Counted from the stretch's first letter, positions 42,079 through 53,694 are shown. The stretch: DNA of 64,000 nt from Octopus sinensis (GCF_006345805.1 NC_043002.1:69626001-69690000), one strand, 5' to 3'. Numbers and translations: made by a program. The notes: generated by a model not told the origin, from the letters alone.

Positions 42079-43979
42079 TATATACTATTTACTATATATT
42101 AATAGTAATGGTAAGACAACAAAAGAATGAAAGAGACCTCGATATTATGTAAATGGAGGAATAATATGTGACAATTATTCAGTTGCCATGACAAAACTCT
42201 GAGGTTCGGATGTCGGGTCGGAAACCTGCACCGGCATCTCTTCAGTCATCGAGGCAATTAAAATATGCTATGAAAATCTAGCATATATGTATATGAATAC
42301 ATAGATAATATGTGCGTGTGCGCGCGTGTCTATAATTATATATATGTATCAACTATTTTCTCCTTTTCTACCCTTCTTTTGGTGAAAGACATGCATCCGA
42401 AACGTTAAGACACTTTTCATTCTTTTTTTAACCGTTAAATTAGCATATTTGTTAAAAACTTCTCCACCCCGTGTTATCTACTTTTCTTTTTTGTTCACTA
42501 CCTACTTAATACATGTGTGTGTGTGTGTGTGTGTGCGGATCACTGTATCTGTATGTGCGCTTGTGCAGGTGAATATATGTAAATATATATATATATACAC
42601 ACATAAAGAATCAGAGCAAAATATACATATCAGAATCTACAACAACCTTCACAACTAAAATGCATAAAGAATAAATATAATACACGATCATTTGTAAAAA
42701 ACCAATGAATTTATGTGTTGTTTATGCCTTTATCAAAGCATTACCGATGTAAATGTAGTGGTTATACCGGGAAGTCTCAATCAGATCGCAGAACTGTCGT
42801 ATCAAGTTTTTTCTTACCTTCTGTTATACGGCGTTCATCCATAGTTGCTTACGTCACCAAATGTGTTAGTAAAAAAGTTATTATGAAAAAGATTTCTGCA
42901 AACGATATTGTAGTGTAGTGTAGGAAAGAGGTAACGAAGCGTGGTTGAAGAGAAGCATTGGTTTACAAACGAAATAATCCTTTATAGATTTAACGAATTA
43001 TAAATGGGAAAAGAAGAGAAAAAAAAAGGAAAACTAAAGGAAACCATAATAAGCACAACATTAGCTTAATTTTTAACTACTTTCCGCATGCATCTACAGG
43101 ACACTAAGCCTCTACATGAAAGTTATGAGCGTCACACAGCACACACATTACTCGGTGAAAGAGGTGCAATTTCAGAAATGACGTTGAAGATAATAGCAAT
43201 GGTGGGCGATGGCGGTGCAGGGAAGCAAAGTCGGTGCGTAAGAGGAAAAAAAGGGTGAAAGGGATAATGAGGAAAAGTTAAAAAAAAAAATAAACTAAAA
43301 TAAAATAAAAAGCCAATTCAGCAATAACGAAAATGATAAAAATAAATAAAGGAAAAGAAAAAGACAACCATGAACCACAAAACAAACAAAAAATGTCGGA
43401 AGGAAAGCAACAACTAATGTGCATCTCTAATCTCTAAAGCGAGCAGACGTGAGGGTGTTCAAGACATGAAGCAGTAGGGAAAGGTTGAAAGCCGTCTTCT
43501 AGGACAAGCTGATCTACTTTGAGAGACATTGATTTCGTTCAATAAATTCTCTCGTCGATTTTTTTCATCACAACAGATTGGGCATTAGCTTAAGGTGCAA
43601 GAGAAACTTTCGAGAATGATACCGAGGCTTTTTTTTATACTTTTGTGAATGATATACAGTTGTTTTTCTTGTCATTTTTTGTCATTGTTGTTGCTGTGTA
43701 ACTTGTTGACGCTGTGTAACGTATATATATATATATTTTTTTTTTGAGATTTCTTTCACGGTTGAAACAAAATGATAATGGCAACAATGATTCTAACTAG
43801 AACGATGAGGTTTTAATGATGTAAATTAGGCGAGTAAATTTGGACACAAAGTAAAACGTATGATTTGCAAATCTGATAATTTATTTATATAGACATTGCA
43901 CCTCCCAACAGTATTATTGTTATTATTATTAGTAATAGTGGTGATGGTCATGGCGATGAGGGTAGTAATGATGGTGGTG

Positions 43980-44034
<55 letters not shown>

Positions 44035-44108
44035 CAGTAGTAGTAGTAGAGGTAAAATTATTTTGCTACGTAAAATATGTCAGATTATATAGTCTAACTG
44101 TAGATACG

Positions 44109-44188
<80 letters not shown>

Positions 44189-47100
44189 GTGTGTGTGTGT
44201 GTGTGTGTGTCGTTCGATTAATTTCTGCTCAAATGGTTCTTAAATTCGTTTTTTTGGAGCCTGACTTCATAAAACAATAATTTTGTTTTAAATGTTCCGT
44301 CCCTAAGTTTAAAAAAAATAAACGTCAAAGTGACGAGCAATGGAGGGAGCGATTTCGTGGCCGCTTCACCTGCCAAACGATCAAATTTCTTTCATCGCAC
44401 TTTACCGACTCTGAAAATGTCCCAGACTCGTTAGTCGATGTATTTCTAAGTCTAGGAATGACCTGGGTTAGAAGGCCAGCGATCATAAATGTACCCAACC
44501 TAGAATGATCAAGGGCTAAAAATCAACCACAATGTTGAAAGGGAATCACGAACTTGTGTCAGCCTGAAGAATGACAATATCTGTGAGGTTTTGTTATAAA
44601 TGGGAGAATTTTGGAACCTCATGACCAAGAGCAGTTTAAAACCTAGAAGATAACTCTTTTACTCTTTTACTTGTTTCAGACATTTGATTGTGGCTATGCT
44701 GGAGCACCGCCTTTAGTCGAGCAAATCGACACAAACACACACATATATTTATATATATACACATATATAGGACGAGCTTCTTTCAGTTTCCGTCTACCAA
44801 ATCCACTCACAAGGCTTTGGTCGGCCCGAGGCTATAGTAGAAGACATTTGCCCAAGGTGCCACGCAGTGGAACTGAACCCAGAACCACGTAGCTGGTAAG
44901 CAAGCTACTTACCACACAGCCACTCCTGCGCCTATAAGTTAATGTTTGATTTGCCGTGTGCACATTCATGAACGGGAGTACTATATCTCTACATATATAT
45001 ACGTTATATGTTTGTTTATACTGCATAACTGTCTATCTCTCTATAGCTTAATATCGTTATTGATTCTATTTTTCTTCACCCTTATTCTTGTTGTAGAGGG
45101 TGCGTACCATCTATGTGTGTGTATGTCTGTGCGTGTGTGTATGTGCGTGCATGCGTGTGCGTAAACCTGTATATGACAGTGATCATATCTGTCGTGTAAA
45201 ATATGTTACTGAATTTGAATTAACAATTTATTTTTTTGCCTATTTGCCAATTCACTTCATCAAATTCTGTATTGTTATAGTTAATATAATCCGTGTTTAT
45301 TCTCTTGACCACAAAGCAGCCCAATGTGCTGTGACTTGTTTCTTTTCATCGATTCGGCCACAAGCTAAACTTACCGGGACATATTGGGCAACAACTTCCC
45401 TCAACTGCTACAGCGTCTAAACAAGTGGGTTCAGGACATTCCACTTTTTTGCAGGTCACCTCACCACTGGAGCATCTACAGATATTACACACATCGGGGT
45501 ACCATTCCTCACCCTCTTGGAATACGTGTCCGTCGTAAGCACAAGGTGAACCTAAAGTTATGTAACAAGAGAAAAACCTGCTAGCTCGCATGGACTTTTG
45601 CCGTCGTCTCTTAAACGCGCTGGCTGCGATTTTGAGCGACTATAAGATCATCTTTTGGCGATATATTTTGTTTAACGACGCGTGGATTTTTAGGCGCCAT
45701 AGCTAATCAGCGAGCGTACATTAATTAATCAAACTATTAAGTAATTAGCAAATGTGTTGTTAATAAAAATAATGATATACTTCTTTTTTTATATATAGGG
45801 GAATGGGTAGAACGAACTAATGCATTCTAGGATTTGTTATCTTCTTGTTATGGGTTTTAAGAGTGTAAGATACTTTAAAATGATAATATTATTTTAAAGT
45901 GAGGTTACGAAGATACAAATTTTACCGGGGAAAACGATCGAGTGAATCGATTCCAGTACCTGACTGGTACTTATATCTATTAATTCCAGCACGATGAAAA
46001 CTAAAGTCAAACCTCATCGGATTAAATTCAGTTCGCAAGAGGACAGATTGAAATATCACCGTTTCTCTCACAACACAGTCGTTCAACGATTTTCGATGAA
46101 CAACGATGATAATATCTATGATTCCTGGCTAGTAATTTTGAGGTTAGGGCAAAGAAGTCGATACCAGGAATCATTAACTCCGCTGGTACTTTATTTTATC
46201 TGTCGCAAAAGGATAAAAGTCAAAGTTGAGCTCGGCAGGATTTTGATCTCAGAACATAGAGACCTAGAACAAATGCGACAAAGAATTGCATCCGACGCAT
46301 TAACGATTCTGTCAGCTCACCTAACCACAATAATCATGTAAAAAAAATGACAGTTTATATAAATTGATCACGAACCTTACGAATGCGTCGCGCCTAAAAC
46401 AAAGCAGAATATTAATTGAATACTTCGTGTTGTTGTTGCTGTTTTCATTACGCATACAAACTATCTACTTATTGTCTTCTTTGCTTTTAATGGGTAGAGG
46501 GTTTTAGTCGATGATTAACAATTGTACCACCGGTTAATTATCTGCTGTTAGTATTTGAAAGCAGGACGTATTGGTGGAGAGGGGGAAAAACATTAAGCAA
46601 AAACTTTAGCTTGGCACAATACCGTCATTGTCTATAGACAATAATTATGATGATGACGATGATGATGATGATGATGATAATGACGACGACAATGCTGATG
46701 ACAAAGACGATGATGACGATAAAGATGACGAAGATGATAATGTCAATGATAATGACAATGATGATGATGATGATGGATGAGAATATTGATGATAATGATG
46801 ACGGTGAGAAAATTGATAATGATGATGACGATGATGATAATGACGACGTCGACGAAGATGGTGATGCTGAAAGTGGTGGTGATGCTGGTGGTGATGATGA
46901 TGGTAGCGATGATGATGATGATGATGGTGGTAGTGGTAGTGGTTGAGTTTGTAATGACGACGGCATTGATGTTGATGATGTCAATGACGATGGCGTTGAT
47001 GATAATAATGATGTTAATGATGATGATGGTAGTGGTGGTGGTGGTGGTGGTGGTGGTTGAGTTGGTGATGACGACGACATTGATGTTGATGAAGTCAATG

Positions 47101-48691
47101 ACGAATGATGATGATGATGATGATGATGATGGTTGTGGCTGTAGTGGTGAGTGGCTGAGTTGGTGATGACGGCGACATTGATGTTGATGATGTCAATGAC
47201 GATGACGTTGATGATAATAGTGATGTTAATGATGATGATGATGATGCTAAAGATGATGATGATGATGATGATGGCTGTGGCTGAGTTGGTGATGACGACG
47301 ACATTGGTGTTGATGATGTCAATGACGAATGATGATAATGATGATGATGGTGGCAGTGACGACGATGACGATGATGATGATGATAACAATGATTACGATG
47401 ACGACGAAGACGGCGATGAAAGAGATGAAATGAACTGGATGCGAATGTGGTGGGGTGAAAGACTGCTATAAAAATGTGGCATAGATACAACCAGAGGGAG
47501 AAAATGTCAGAGAAGAATCTATCTAGAAAAGATTTCGCTCTTTCGCGTTCACTCTCCCCACCCTCTCTCGCTTTCGCCCACCTTCTTTCTCTTTCCCCTC
47601 TCCCTTATTCTTTTCCGATCGAGTAGAAGATCTCGATTAAAGACATTGGAACTGTGAGAGATAATGTTTAATGTTTCCTTGTCTTTTGGTCTGAACTGTA
47701 GCAAAGTGAAATAAAGGGTCTTCCTCAAGAACACAGCATACAACCCGGACCAGGAATCAAACACCCGACCTCATGATTGTGCACCCGACGCTCTAACCAC
47801 TGAGCCATGCGCCTTCGCGCATATATTTATATATAGTGTATATATTTTTGTGTGTGGAGGCACATGGTCTAGTGATTAGAGCAGCGGACTCGCGGTCGAG
47901 GGATCGCGAGTTCGAAACTCAGACCGGGTGATGTATGTGTTTATGAGCGAAACACTTAAGCTCCACGCGGCTCTGGCAGAAGATAATGGCGAAGCTTCTG
48001 CTGACTTTTTCGCCACAACTTTCTTTCACCTTTTCCTCCTGCATCTTGCAGCTCACCTGCGACCGACCGGCGTCCCGTCCAGGTGGGGAACCTATACGCC
48101 AAGGAAACCAGGAAACCGGCCCTAATGAGCCAGGCATGGCTCGAGAAGGAACAAGCAAATATATTTATGTGTATAAGTTGAGGATATAATCATTAAAATG
48201 ATTAAATCAGTGGCCAGCGTATAATAACCGCCATATCGGTAAAATTAATATTCAAGTATATAATTATTAAAAAAATAACTATAATTAAGGGCGCTGGAGG
48301 GACAACGCCAATACGCTAGAAGTAGAGGTCAAATGTCTACAAGCCATTCTAAATTTGTTCTCCTTTTGGCACAAGGTTGAACACGGGGGAAAGAATAATA
48401 ATGTATATAACTTGCGATGCTTGTTATGCCTTGGCGTTTATTGTTTATTCACAAACATATATTCACATTATTGTTTATTCACAAACATATATTTGCTAAA
48501 TCGGAAACCTAAAATGGATCCCTAGTTCCCGTCTCAGTTACGAGGTTGGAACCCTGATAATCCGTTACAGCACCTACCTAGCGTACTTATTCCTTTAGAT
48601 CACCAATGAACTAAACCCCCATATTCTCTGTGTGTGTATATATATATATATATATAATATATATATATGTAAATACATACATACATATATA

Positions 48692-48756
<65 letters not shown>

Positions 48757-49123
48757 ATATATGAATATGTTTACACGCACACATATATATAAAACAGAAA
48801 AAAAAAAATTAGTGGAAAATAGGAAGTGAAGAAAAATGAAAACAAAAAAGAATTAAAAAAGTTTCCCCTAAATATAAAAAAGAATAACTCAGCAAAAAAA
48901 AAAAAAACATAGTCAGTCATATTAAAAGACCATCTTATTTTATTTTCTTAAGATGGAGGGGGGGTGTAGAGGGAGATGGGGAGGAGCAGTCAAGGCTCAC
49001 CACTTCCATTAGTAAAATGGCTGACTGTGTGTAACGCCCGCGCGCACAAGCGTGTGTATGTTTGTGCGAGTGTGTGTGTGTGTGTGAAAGAGCGTGAGAA
49101 AGTCTTGAGGAATGTTATGTCAT

Positions 49124-49158
<35 letters not shown>

Positions 49159-49268
49159 CTTTTCCTCTTTCTTCACCCCCCCCTTTTCCTCCTTTTCTTT
49201 CTTCGGTGATAAACATTTTATTATGCAACGTCGGCGTTTCTTCATCATAACTGTATACACACACACAT

Positions 49269-49299
<31 letters not shown>

Positions 49300-49722
49300 A
49301 AGTTCTGCTGACTTGGCTAATTTTTTTATTTTTTTATTAATGTATTTCCTCCTTCCATCCATAAGAAAGCAGCAGCCACACCACCACCACCACTACCAGC
49401 ACCACCACCACCATTGCTATCACTCTCCCACTGCCACTCGTTGCTATAGCTGATGCCTCGCCTTCTCCCTTTATTCACCACCACCACTACCACCACCACC
49501 TACTTTTCTTCTTTCCTTCTTTTTTTCGTCATTTTCTCGGTCTTGCTGAGGTTTGCTTTTTTTAATGTCATCACCATCCTCATCATCATCTTCTTCATCA
49601 TCACCTCTGTCTGTCTGTCTGTCTCTCTCAGTCCCAGCACCCATGTCGTTACAAATCCTAGAACCGCCACCACCACAAGAACTAACACCACCAACACTAC
49701 ATTCACCGACACTACATCCACA

Positions 49723-49777
<55 letters not shown>

Positions 49778-50216
49778 GTAGTAGTAGTAGTAGTATTCAG
49801 TACAACTACCACTAATCCAGCTACTGTCTTAATTAATTAAGAACTCCACAACACCGCCACCACCACCAGTACAGCCACCACCAGTACAGCCACCACATCT
49901 AAGACTCTCTATCAACAACACCTAGGCCACAGATTCAAAAATTTATGGCCTTCCTATTGTAACTTTTGTGTCAGCCCCCAAAACGGCATCGTTGCATTAT
50001 TCTTGGCATATTCCTAGATATATTGTGGTAACAGCTCTTATGCTTTTGAGGTGGCATCGACGGAGTTTATAACGCTTGTTTTATTTTAATTTATTTTAAT
50101 TTTCAATGGAAGAGCAGGAAGAACAACATTGCAAAATTAAAACAGCCAGTCACCTCATCTCAACCGACCTATGCCTTCTAGGCTGTGTGTGAATGTATGC
50201 GCGTGTGTGTGTGCGT

Positions 50217-50259
<43 letters not shown>

Positions 50260-50433
50260 TGTGTGTGTCTGTGTGTTTGGATAGCTGCATGATGTGGGGA
50301 ATGTATGCAAGCTACGTTTTAAAAAATAATAAGCATCCATAAACACACGTACACACACAAACACACATATATAGTTGTGTATTTGTATGTGCGTGTGTCT
50401 GTATAGATACCTATGTATACACACACACATATG

Positions 50434-50469
<36 letters not shown>

Positions 50470-50483
50470 AAAACATACATACA

Positions 50484-50514
<31 letters not shown>

Positions 50515-51484
50515 ATGAGTGAGTGCGTATTTCCAAGACGCGTACAACCTTAACGTAATTCCGTAGGCAGATTAGCATGATACAATCTGTGAGAAAGCTG
50601 ACTGTTTGAGTTACAAGTAGACATTACGTTACAGGCTTCCATAGTTTCCTACCAATAAGTTTCGCTCACAACGCTTGGGTACATCCAAAGCTATTGGAAA
50701 TTTCACATGCAGCCGAGATGGCTGAGTGACATTACAGGCCGAAGGTAAGATGACGCTATTGACTGCGCCGGTATGAATGAAAATGCTTGTTTGTGAAGAA
50801 ACTTGGTAACCAGCATTATCATAACTAGCAGCATCGCCACCAACTCCACCATGCTGCTGCTGATGATGATGAACATCATCATCATCATCATCATCATCAC
50901 CATCATCTTCATGATTCACTGTTATTGTAGCAGGTGCCTTTGTAATTTTTTAGGTTACTTTATAAATTGAAATAAATTCTTTACTACTCTAGGCACAAGG
51001 CCCGAATTTTTGGGGAAAGGGGCCGGTCGATTAGATCAGCCCCAGTACGCAACTGGTACTTAATTTACCGATTCCGAAGGATGAAAGGCTAAGTCGATTT
51101 CGGCCGAATTTGAACTCACAACGTAAACACAGGCGAAATACCTATTTCTTTACTAAACACAGAGAGGACAAACAAAGTGATTAAGCCGATTATATCGACC
51201 CCAGTGCGTAACTGGTACTTATTTAATCGACCCCAGCGGAATTTGAACTCGGAACGTAGCAGCAGACGAAATACCGCAAAGCATTTCGCCCAGTGTGCTA
51301 ACGTTTCTACCAGCTTGCCGCCTTATAAATTGAAATAAATTGAAACCAATTTTGCTAGCCAGTTGTTTAGATAGATAGCATGCACATGTGCGTGTATGAT
51401 TATGTGTGTGTGTGTGTGTGCGTTGGTGTGTGTGTGAGATAATATATATATATATATTATATATATATATATTATATTATATAT

Positions 51485-51537
<53 letters not shown>

Positions 51538-51992
51538 CTATATATATATATATATATATAAAGTAGAGTGTCTTCTTGGAGTATCTGGTGTTCAAGGCAA
51601 AGACTTCACGTCAGCAACAGGTTCGAATTCATTTCCCGGGCACCAATTATTTATTTAAGTCTCTTCGAGAACTGAGCGACTGTTAGGTAGACGTTGGTGC
51701 CCAGGCGCGTAACGTATATTGTGTATGATGACAATTATGCTATTGTGTGTATGTGTTGTGTCTATATATATATATATATATATATCTATATATATATATA
51801 TATATATTTTTATGTGTGTGTTGTGTGTGTGTGTGTATGTATGTACGTACTCCCTCACGCACATACATAATTCTATACTATTGACTAAGGACGTTGATGA
51901 TGGTGGTGTCATAATGATGACTTCGTGAGGATAATTAATGATGACGATGAATATTTTCTTTTAAATTATCATTAAACAACAACAACAACAAC

Positions 51993-52039
<47 letters not shown>

Positions 52040-52684
52040 GAAAAAGTTAAAAGCTCTTATGTCAGCAATCCGTAAAGAGTTATTTTAATATATATATACA
52101 TAAATATATATATATATATACATATATATCTTATAAGTGTGTGTGTGTGTGAGTGTTTATTATGCATTTGCTGTTGTTACTATTGTTGTTTAGTTTCTCC
52201 AAAGTCGGTCCTGATCAAGTAGGATTATGATCATAATATATCCCAGCCGGGACCATTCCTTCCTAACCACATTTGTAAAAGGCATGGGCATAAGGGAGAA
52301 CTACTACATTATCAAATGTGGAACTCTGCCTTTTAAGATCATAGAACCCTGCTTTGGGGCTGGAGGTAAATTTTAGACCCACCTACCACCAAGTGGCTCG
52401 TCTGTTTCTTAATGTTGTTTATGCTATTTTTTTTTTATTTATTAGTGGTTGCATCAAACTGTCAAAAAAAAGGGACCATTTTGACACATACATACACATG
52501 TGTGTATGTGTTTGTCTATATGAATGTGTGTATGTGTACACACACACACACACACATATATATATGCATGTATGCATATGTGTGTGTGAGGGCGCAGTGT
52601 GCATGTGTATGCATATTAGATCAAATTGTGCAGTATTTGCAATTTAGGGTTATTCTAATGAAACAGTTCAAAAGCTCTTATGCG

Positions 52685-52727
<43 letters not shown>

Positions 52728-52806
52728 TATATATATATGTATGTATGTATGTCTGTATATATATATTTATATATATATGCATGTCCAAGTATACGAATTG
52801 TATAAC

Positions 52807-52842
<36 letters not shown>

Positions 52843-52990
52843 CATGCGTGCATGTATGTGTGCAAGTGTGTATGCGTAAAATATTGCATGTTTGAGTATG
52901 CAACAGAGAGGAATTGTCAAGTTTTAGGAGAGGAGAATATCAGAGACAGGAATCGGAGTTATGCATGCATAGATATATATATATACATAT

Positions 52991-53034
<44 letters not shown>

Positions 53035-53694
53035 AATAGATCGGAAAATATAAATCTAGATATTTTATTATTTTTAATTGAGAGAAGTTTATAAAGCGAG
53101 TCATGGCACTTGTCAGACTTTTATCAAAGTTTGAGAATGCTATGAATGAATCTGTCGGCCCTTGAGTCACTAAGTAACTTCGCCCAATTAAAAATTCAAA
53201 TAATATATATATATATTTACTATTTAGAGACATGTATCTGTTTGTTTTTTTTTTCTGTATTTCAAGTGTAAGTGTGTGTGTGTGTGTATATATATTTATA
53301 TGGATATAGAAGTTTATCTGAGTTTAAATATTTGATGGAATATAGAGACAGAAGGAAGATAAACACAAAGTGTAATTAAAGCGAAGATAAACACAAAGTG
53401 TAATTAAAGCGAAGTATAAAAAGCGATTTCTTTTTTTTTTTTAAGGAAGGAAAATCGAGCAAATATTTCCGAAGTAGCTAACGCAAAGCGCAAACTAAGC
53501 CGAAATAGCGCAGCAACGGAGAAATATTTAGAATAACCAGTACTGTTGATGTTTTTTTATATTAAAATAAATATTTAAAGGTAAATAGTTTTAAACTTAC
53601 CACCAGCGGGTTCATCCTGAGCTATTACCATAGAAACAGCTAAAAGAAGCCCGAGGAAGTACATCCTCCATCGTAACGCACCTGTTCTCATCAT
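9014..53694 (-). CDS. Fibrillar procollagen alpha chain (clade A / COL1-2-3-like; SP-VWC-helix-COLFI), 46 exons, 1398 aa
   Basis: Manual splicing: all 45 introns GT..AG with consistent phases; 337 triplets with Gly in first position except one Ala; VWC Cys pattern; COLFI motifs [35 protein letters not shown]; CDS 4197 nt. Confidence 0.96.
9988..10185 (-). CDS. Collagen exon 45, COLFI
   Basis: [66 protein letters not shown]; conserved NIT glycosylation site. Confidence 0.94.
10702..10913 (-). mobile_element. tRNA-derived SINE family B
   Basis: On minus: GAGCTGGCAGAA...GAGTTCAA (A/B boxes) then core GCCTTTCATCCTTTC.GGGTCGATAAA..AAGTACCAG; sits in a (TAA)n tract. Confidence 0.8.
11080..11154 (-). 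CDS. Collagen exon 44, COLFI
   Basis: [25 protein letters not shown]. Confidence 0.88.
12011..12114 (-). CDS. Collagen exon 43, COLFI
   Basis: [34 protein letters not shown], phase 1/0. Confidence 0.93.
12233..12443 (-). mobile_element. SINE family B
   Basis: Full copy with CCTTGTGCCTAGAGTAAAAAAGA tail. Confidence 0.85.
13065..13215 (-). CDS. Collagen exon 42, C-propeptide start
   Basis: [50 protein letters not shown]+G; donor GTCAGT, phase 0/1; YY-G|DE resembles a BMP1/tolloid site. Confidence 0.9.
13258..13485 (-). mobile_element. SINE family B, alternative tail
   Basis: Tail CCCCTTGTGGGCAATAAAGAAATA. Confidence 0.85.
13628..13705 (-). CDS. Collagen exon 41, last triplet and C-telopeptide
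   Basis: [26 protein letters not shown]; telopeptide Lys in KGPD. Confidence 0.92.
14228..14263 (-). CDS. Collagen exon 40 (36 nt), helix end
   Basis: [12 protein letters not shown]. Confidence 0.93.
14340..14996. repeat. (TA)n/(CA)n and (GA)n microsatellites
   Basis: Seen directly. Confidence 0.95.
15128..15163 (-). CDS. Collagen exon 39 (36 nt)
   Basis: [12 protein letters not shown]. Confidence 0.93.
15343..15414 (-). CDS. Collagen exon 38 (72 nt)
   Basis: [24 protein letters not shown]. Confidence 0.94.
16024..16131 (-). CDS. Collagen exon 37 (108 nt)
   Basis: [36 protein letters not shown]. Confidence 0.95.
16294..16347 (-). CDS. Collagen exon 36 (54 nt)
   Basis: [18 protein letters not shown]. 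Confidence 0.95.
17182..17235 (-). CDS. Collagen exon 35 (54 nt)
   Basis: [18 protein letters not shown]. Confidence 0.95.
18247..18300 (-). CDS. Collagen exon 34 (54 nt)
   Basis: [18 protein letters not shown]. Confidence 0.95.
18609..18716 (-). CDS. Collagen exon 33 (108 nt)
   Basis: [36 protein letters not shown]. Confidence 0.95.
19065..19172 (-). CDS. Collagen exon 32 (108 nt)
   Basis: [36 protein letters not shown]. Confidence 0.95.
19646..19753 (-). CDS. Collagen exon 31 (108 nt)
   Basis: [36 protein letters not shown]. Confidence 0.95.
20154..20261 (-). CDS. Collagen exon 30 (108 nt)
   Basis: [36 protein letters not shown]. Confidence 0.95.
21732..21893 (-). CDS. Collagen exon 29 (162 nt)
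   Basis: [54 protein letters not shown]. Confidence 0.95.
22495..22765 (-). mobile_element. Degenerate RTE-type LINE 3' fragment
   Basis: Minus translation [18 protein letters not shown] resembles the RTE RRLRWYGHV motif. Confidence 0.45.
22804..22911 (-). CDS. Collagen exon 28 (108 nt)
   Basis: [36 protein letters not shown]. Confidence 0.95.
23162..23377 (-). CDS. Collagen exon 27 (216 nt), contains Gly->Ala break
   Basis: [72 protein letters not shown]. Confidence 0.95.
23896..23949 (-). CDS. Collagen exon 26 (54 nt)
   Basis: [18 protein letters not shown]. Confidence 0.95.
24162..24215 (-). CDS. Collagen exon 25 (54 nt)
   Basis: [18 protein letters not shown]. Confidence 0.95.
25097..25195 (-). 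CDS. Collagen exon 24 (99 nt)
   Basis: [33 protein letters not shown]. Confidence 0.95.
25920..26018 (-). CDS. Collagen exon 23 (99 nt)
   Basis: [33 protein letters not shown]. Confidence 0.95.
26545..26959 (-). mobile_element. SINE family A, full length
   Basis: Complete head-to-tail copy with internal (CA)n/(TA)n. Confidence 0.85.
27178..27231 (-). CDS. Collagen exon 22 (54 nt)
   Basis: [18 protein letters not shown]. Confidence 0.95.
28166..28273 (-). CDS. Collagen exon 21 (108 nt)
   Basis: [36 protein letters not shown]. Confidence 0.95.
28528..28626 (-). CDS. Collagen exon 20 (99 nt)
   Basis: [33 protein letters not shown]. Confidence 0.95.
29299..29352 (-). CDS. Collagen exon 19 (54 nt)
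   Basis: [18 protein letters not shown]. Confidence 0.95.
29785..30228 (-). mobile_element. Two adjacent SINE-B copies
   Basis: Core motif at ~29870 and ~30110. Confidence 0.75.
30370..30414 (-). CDS. Collagen exon 18 (45 nt)
   Basis: [15 protein letters not shown]. Confidence 0.95.
30565..30885 (-). mobile_element. SINE-B composite
   Basis: Two fused copies, junction ~30760. Confidence 0.8.
31439..31546 (-). CDS. Collagen exon 17 (108 nt)
   Basis: [36 protein letters not shown]. Confidence 0.95.
31769..31822 (-). CDS. Collagen exon 16 (54 nt)
   Basis: [18 protein letters not shown]. Confidence 0.95.
32564..32671 (-). CDS. Collagen exon 15 (108 nt)
   Basis: [36 protein letters not shown]. 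Confidence 0.95.
32855..33225 (-). mobile_element. SINE-B dimer
   Basis: Junction GAAATA-CT-TATTTC at ~32995. Confidence 0.85.
33565..33663 (-). CDS. Collagen exon 14 (99 nt)
   Basis: [33 protein letters not shown]. Confidence 0.95.
34186..34329 (-). CDS. Collagen exon 13 (144 nt)
   Basis: [48 protein letters not shown]. Confidence 0.95.
35088..35186 (-). CDS. Collagen exon 12 (99 nt)
   Basis: [33 protein letters not shown]. Confidence 0.95.
35380..35532 (-). CDS. Collagen exon 11 (153 nt)
   Basis: [51 protein letters not shown]. Confidence 0.95.
35658..35711 (-). CDS. Collagen exon 10 (54 nt), KGHR cross-link site
   Basis: [18 protein letters not shown]. Confidence 0.95.
36115..36522 (-). 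mobile_element. SINE-B dimer
   Basis: Junction ~36300. Confidence 0.85.
37059..37112 (-). CDS. Collagen exon 9 (54 nt)
   Basis: [18 protein letters not shown]. Confidence 0.95.
37736..38313 (+). mobile_element. Internally deleted mariner (Tc1/mariner) element with TIRs and TA ends
   Basis: TIR core GATCAAAAAGTATCGGGACT (37748-37767) and its exact reverse complement (38282-38301); relic peptides [17 protein letters not shown] (cf. TGDETWV) and [12 protein letters not shown] (mariner C-terminus). Confidence 0.88.
38702..38755 (-). CDS. Collagen exon 8 (54 nt)
   Basis: [18 protein letters not shown]. Confidence 0.95.
38909..38962 (-). CDS. Collagen exon 7 (54 nt)
   Basis: [22 protein letters not shown], phase 0. 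Confidence 0.95.
39335..39463 (-). CDS. Collagen exon 6, N-telopeptide and helix start
   Basis: [43 protein letters not shown]; GYDDK resembles vertebrate telopeptide GYDEK. Confidence 0.93.
39574..39832 (+). mobile_element. tRNA-derived SINE family C (CORE-like), full length with 14-bp TSD
   Basis: A box TGGCTTAGTGG, B-box-like GGTTTCGATTCC; TATAATTGTAACAG duplicated at 39560-39573 and 39833-39846. Confidence 0.88.
40117..40140 (-). CDS. Collagen exon 5, 24-nt microexon
   Basis: long pyrimidine tract ...CCACAG|VEADSPNG|GTAAGT, phase 0/0. Confidence 0.75.
40769..40795 (-). CDS. Collagen exon 4, 27-nt microexon
   Basis: TCTTTACAG|PVGTRDNDD|GTAAGT, phase 0/0. Confidence 0.75.
41326..41339 (-). 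CDS. Collagen exon 3, 14-nt microexon
   Basis: TTTTATCTTTTGCAG|CA AAT GAA GAT GCG|GTAAGA; supplies the phase 1->0 change needed between exon 2 and the phase-0 exons. Confidence 0.75.
41752..42035 (+). mobile_element. SINE family C
   Basis: Same head and 3' GAAACCGGGCCCATGAGCC as the 39574 copy. Confidence 0.8.
44653..44933 (-). mobile_element. SINE family A, internally deleted
   Basis: Head and tail present, middle missing. Confidence 0.8.
45375..45551 (-). CDS. Collagen exon 2, VWC domain
   Basis: [58 protein letters not shown]; 177 nt, phase 1/1, TTAG acceptor, GTAAGT donor. Confidence 0.95.
46640..47420. repeat. (GAT)/(GGT) low-complexity tract with ~100-120-bp higher-order units
   Basis: GAGTTGGTGATGACGACG(A/G)CATTGATGTTGATGATGTCAATGACG-like motif recurs at ~46945, 47057, 47156, 47282. 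Confidence 0.9.
47855..48155 (+). mobile_element. SINE family C
   Basis: TGGTCTAGTGA...GAGTTCGAAAC head; a minus-strand head fragment lies at 47700-47818. Confidence 0.78.
49375..49900. repeat. (CAC)n/(TAC)n trinucleotide low-complexity region
   Basis: Seen directly. Confidence 0.9.
50980..51325 (-). mobile_element. SINE-B dimer
   Basis: Junction GAAATA-CC-TATTTC at ~51135. Confidence 0.8.
53601..53694 (-). CDS. Collagen exon 1, signal peptide
   Basis: [25 protein letters not shown]|QDEPAG+G; donor G|GTAAGT, phase 1 matches exon 2. Confidence 0.9.

Noticed and set aside
46625-47490. 254-aa and related Ser/Thr-rich ORFs as a mucin-like nested gene
   Set aside because: Pure trinucleotide low complexity, open in several frames, with no splice or start context.
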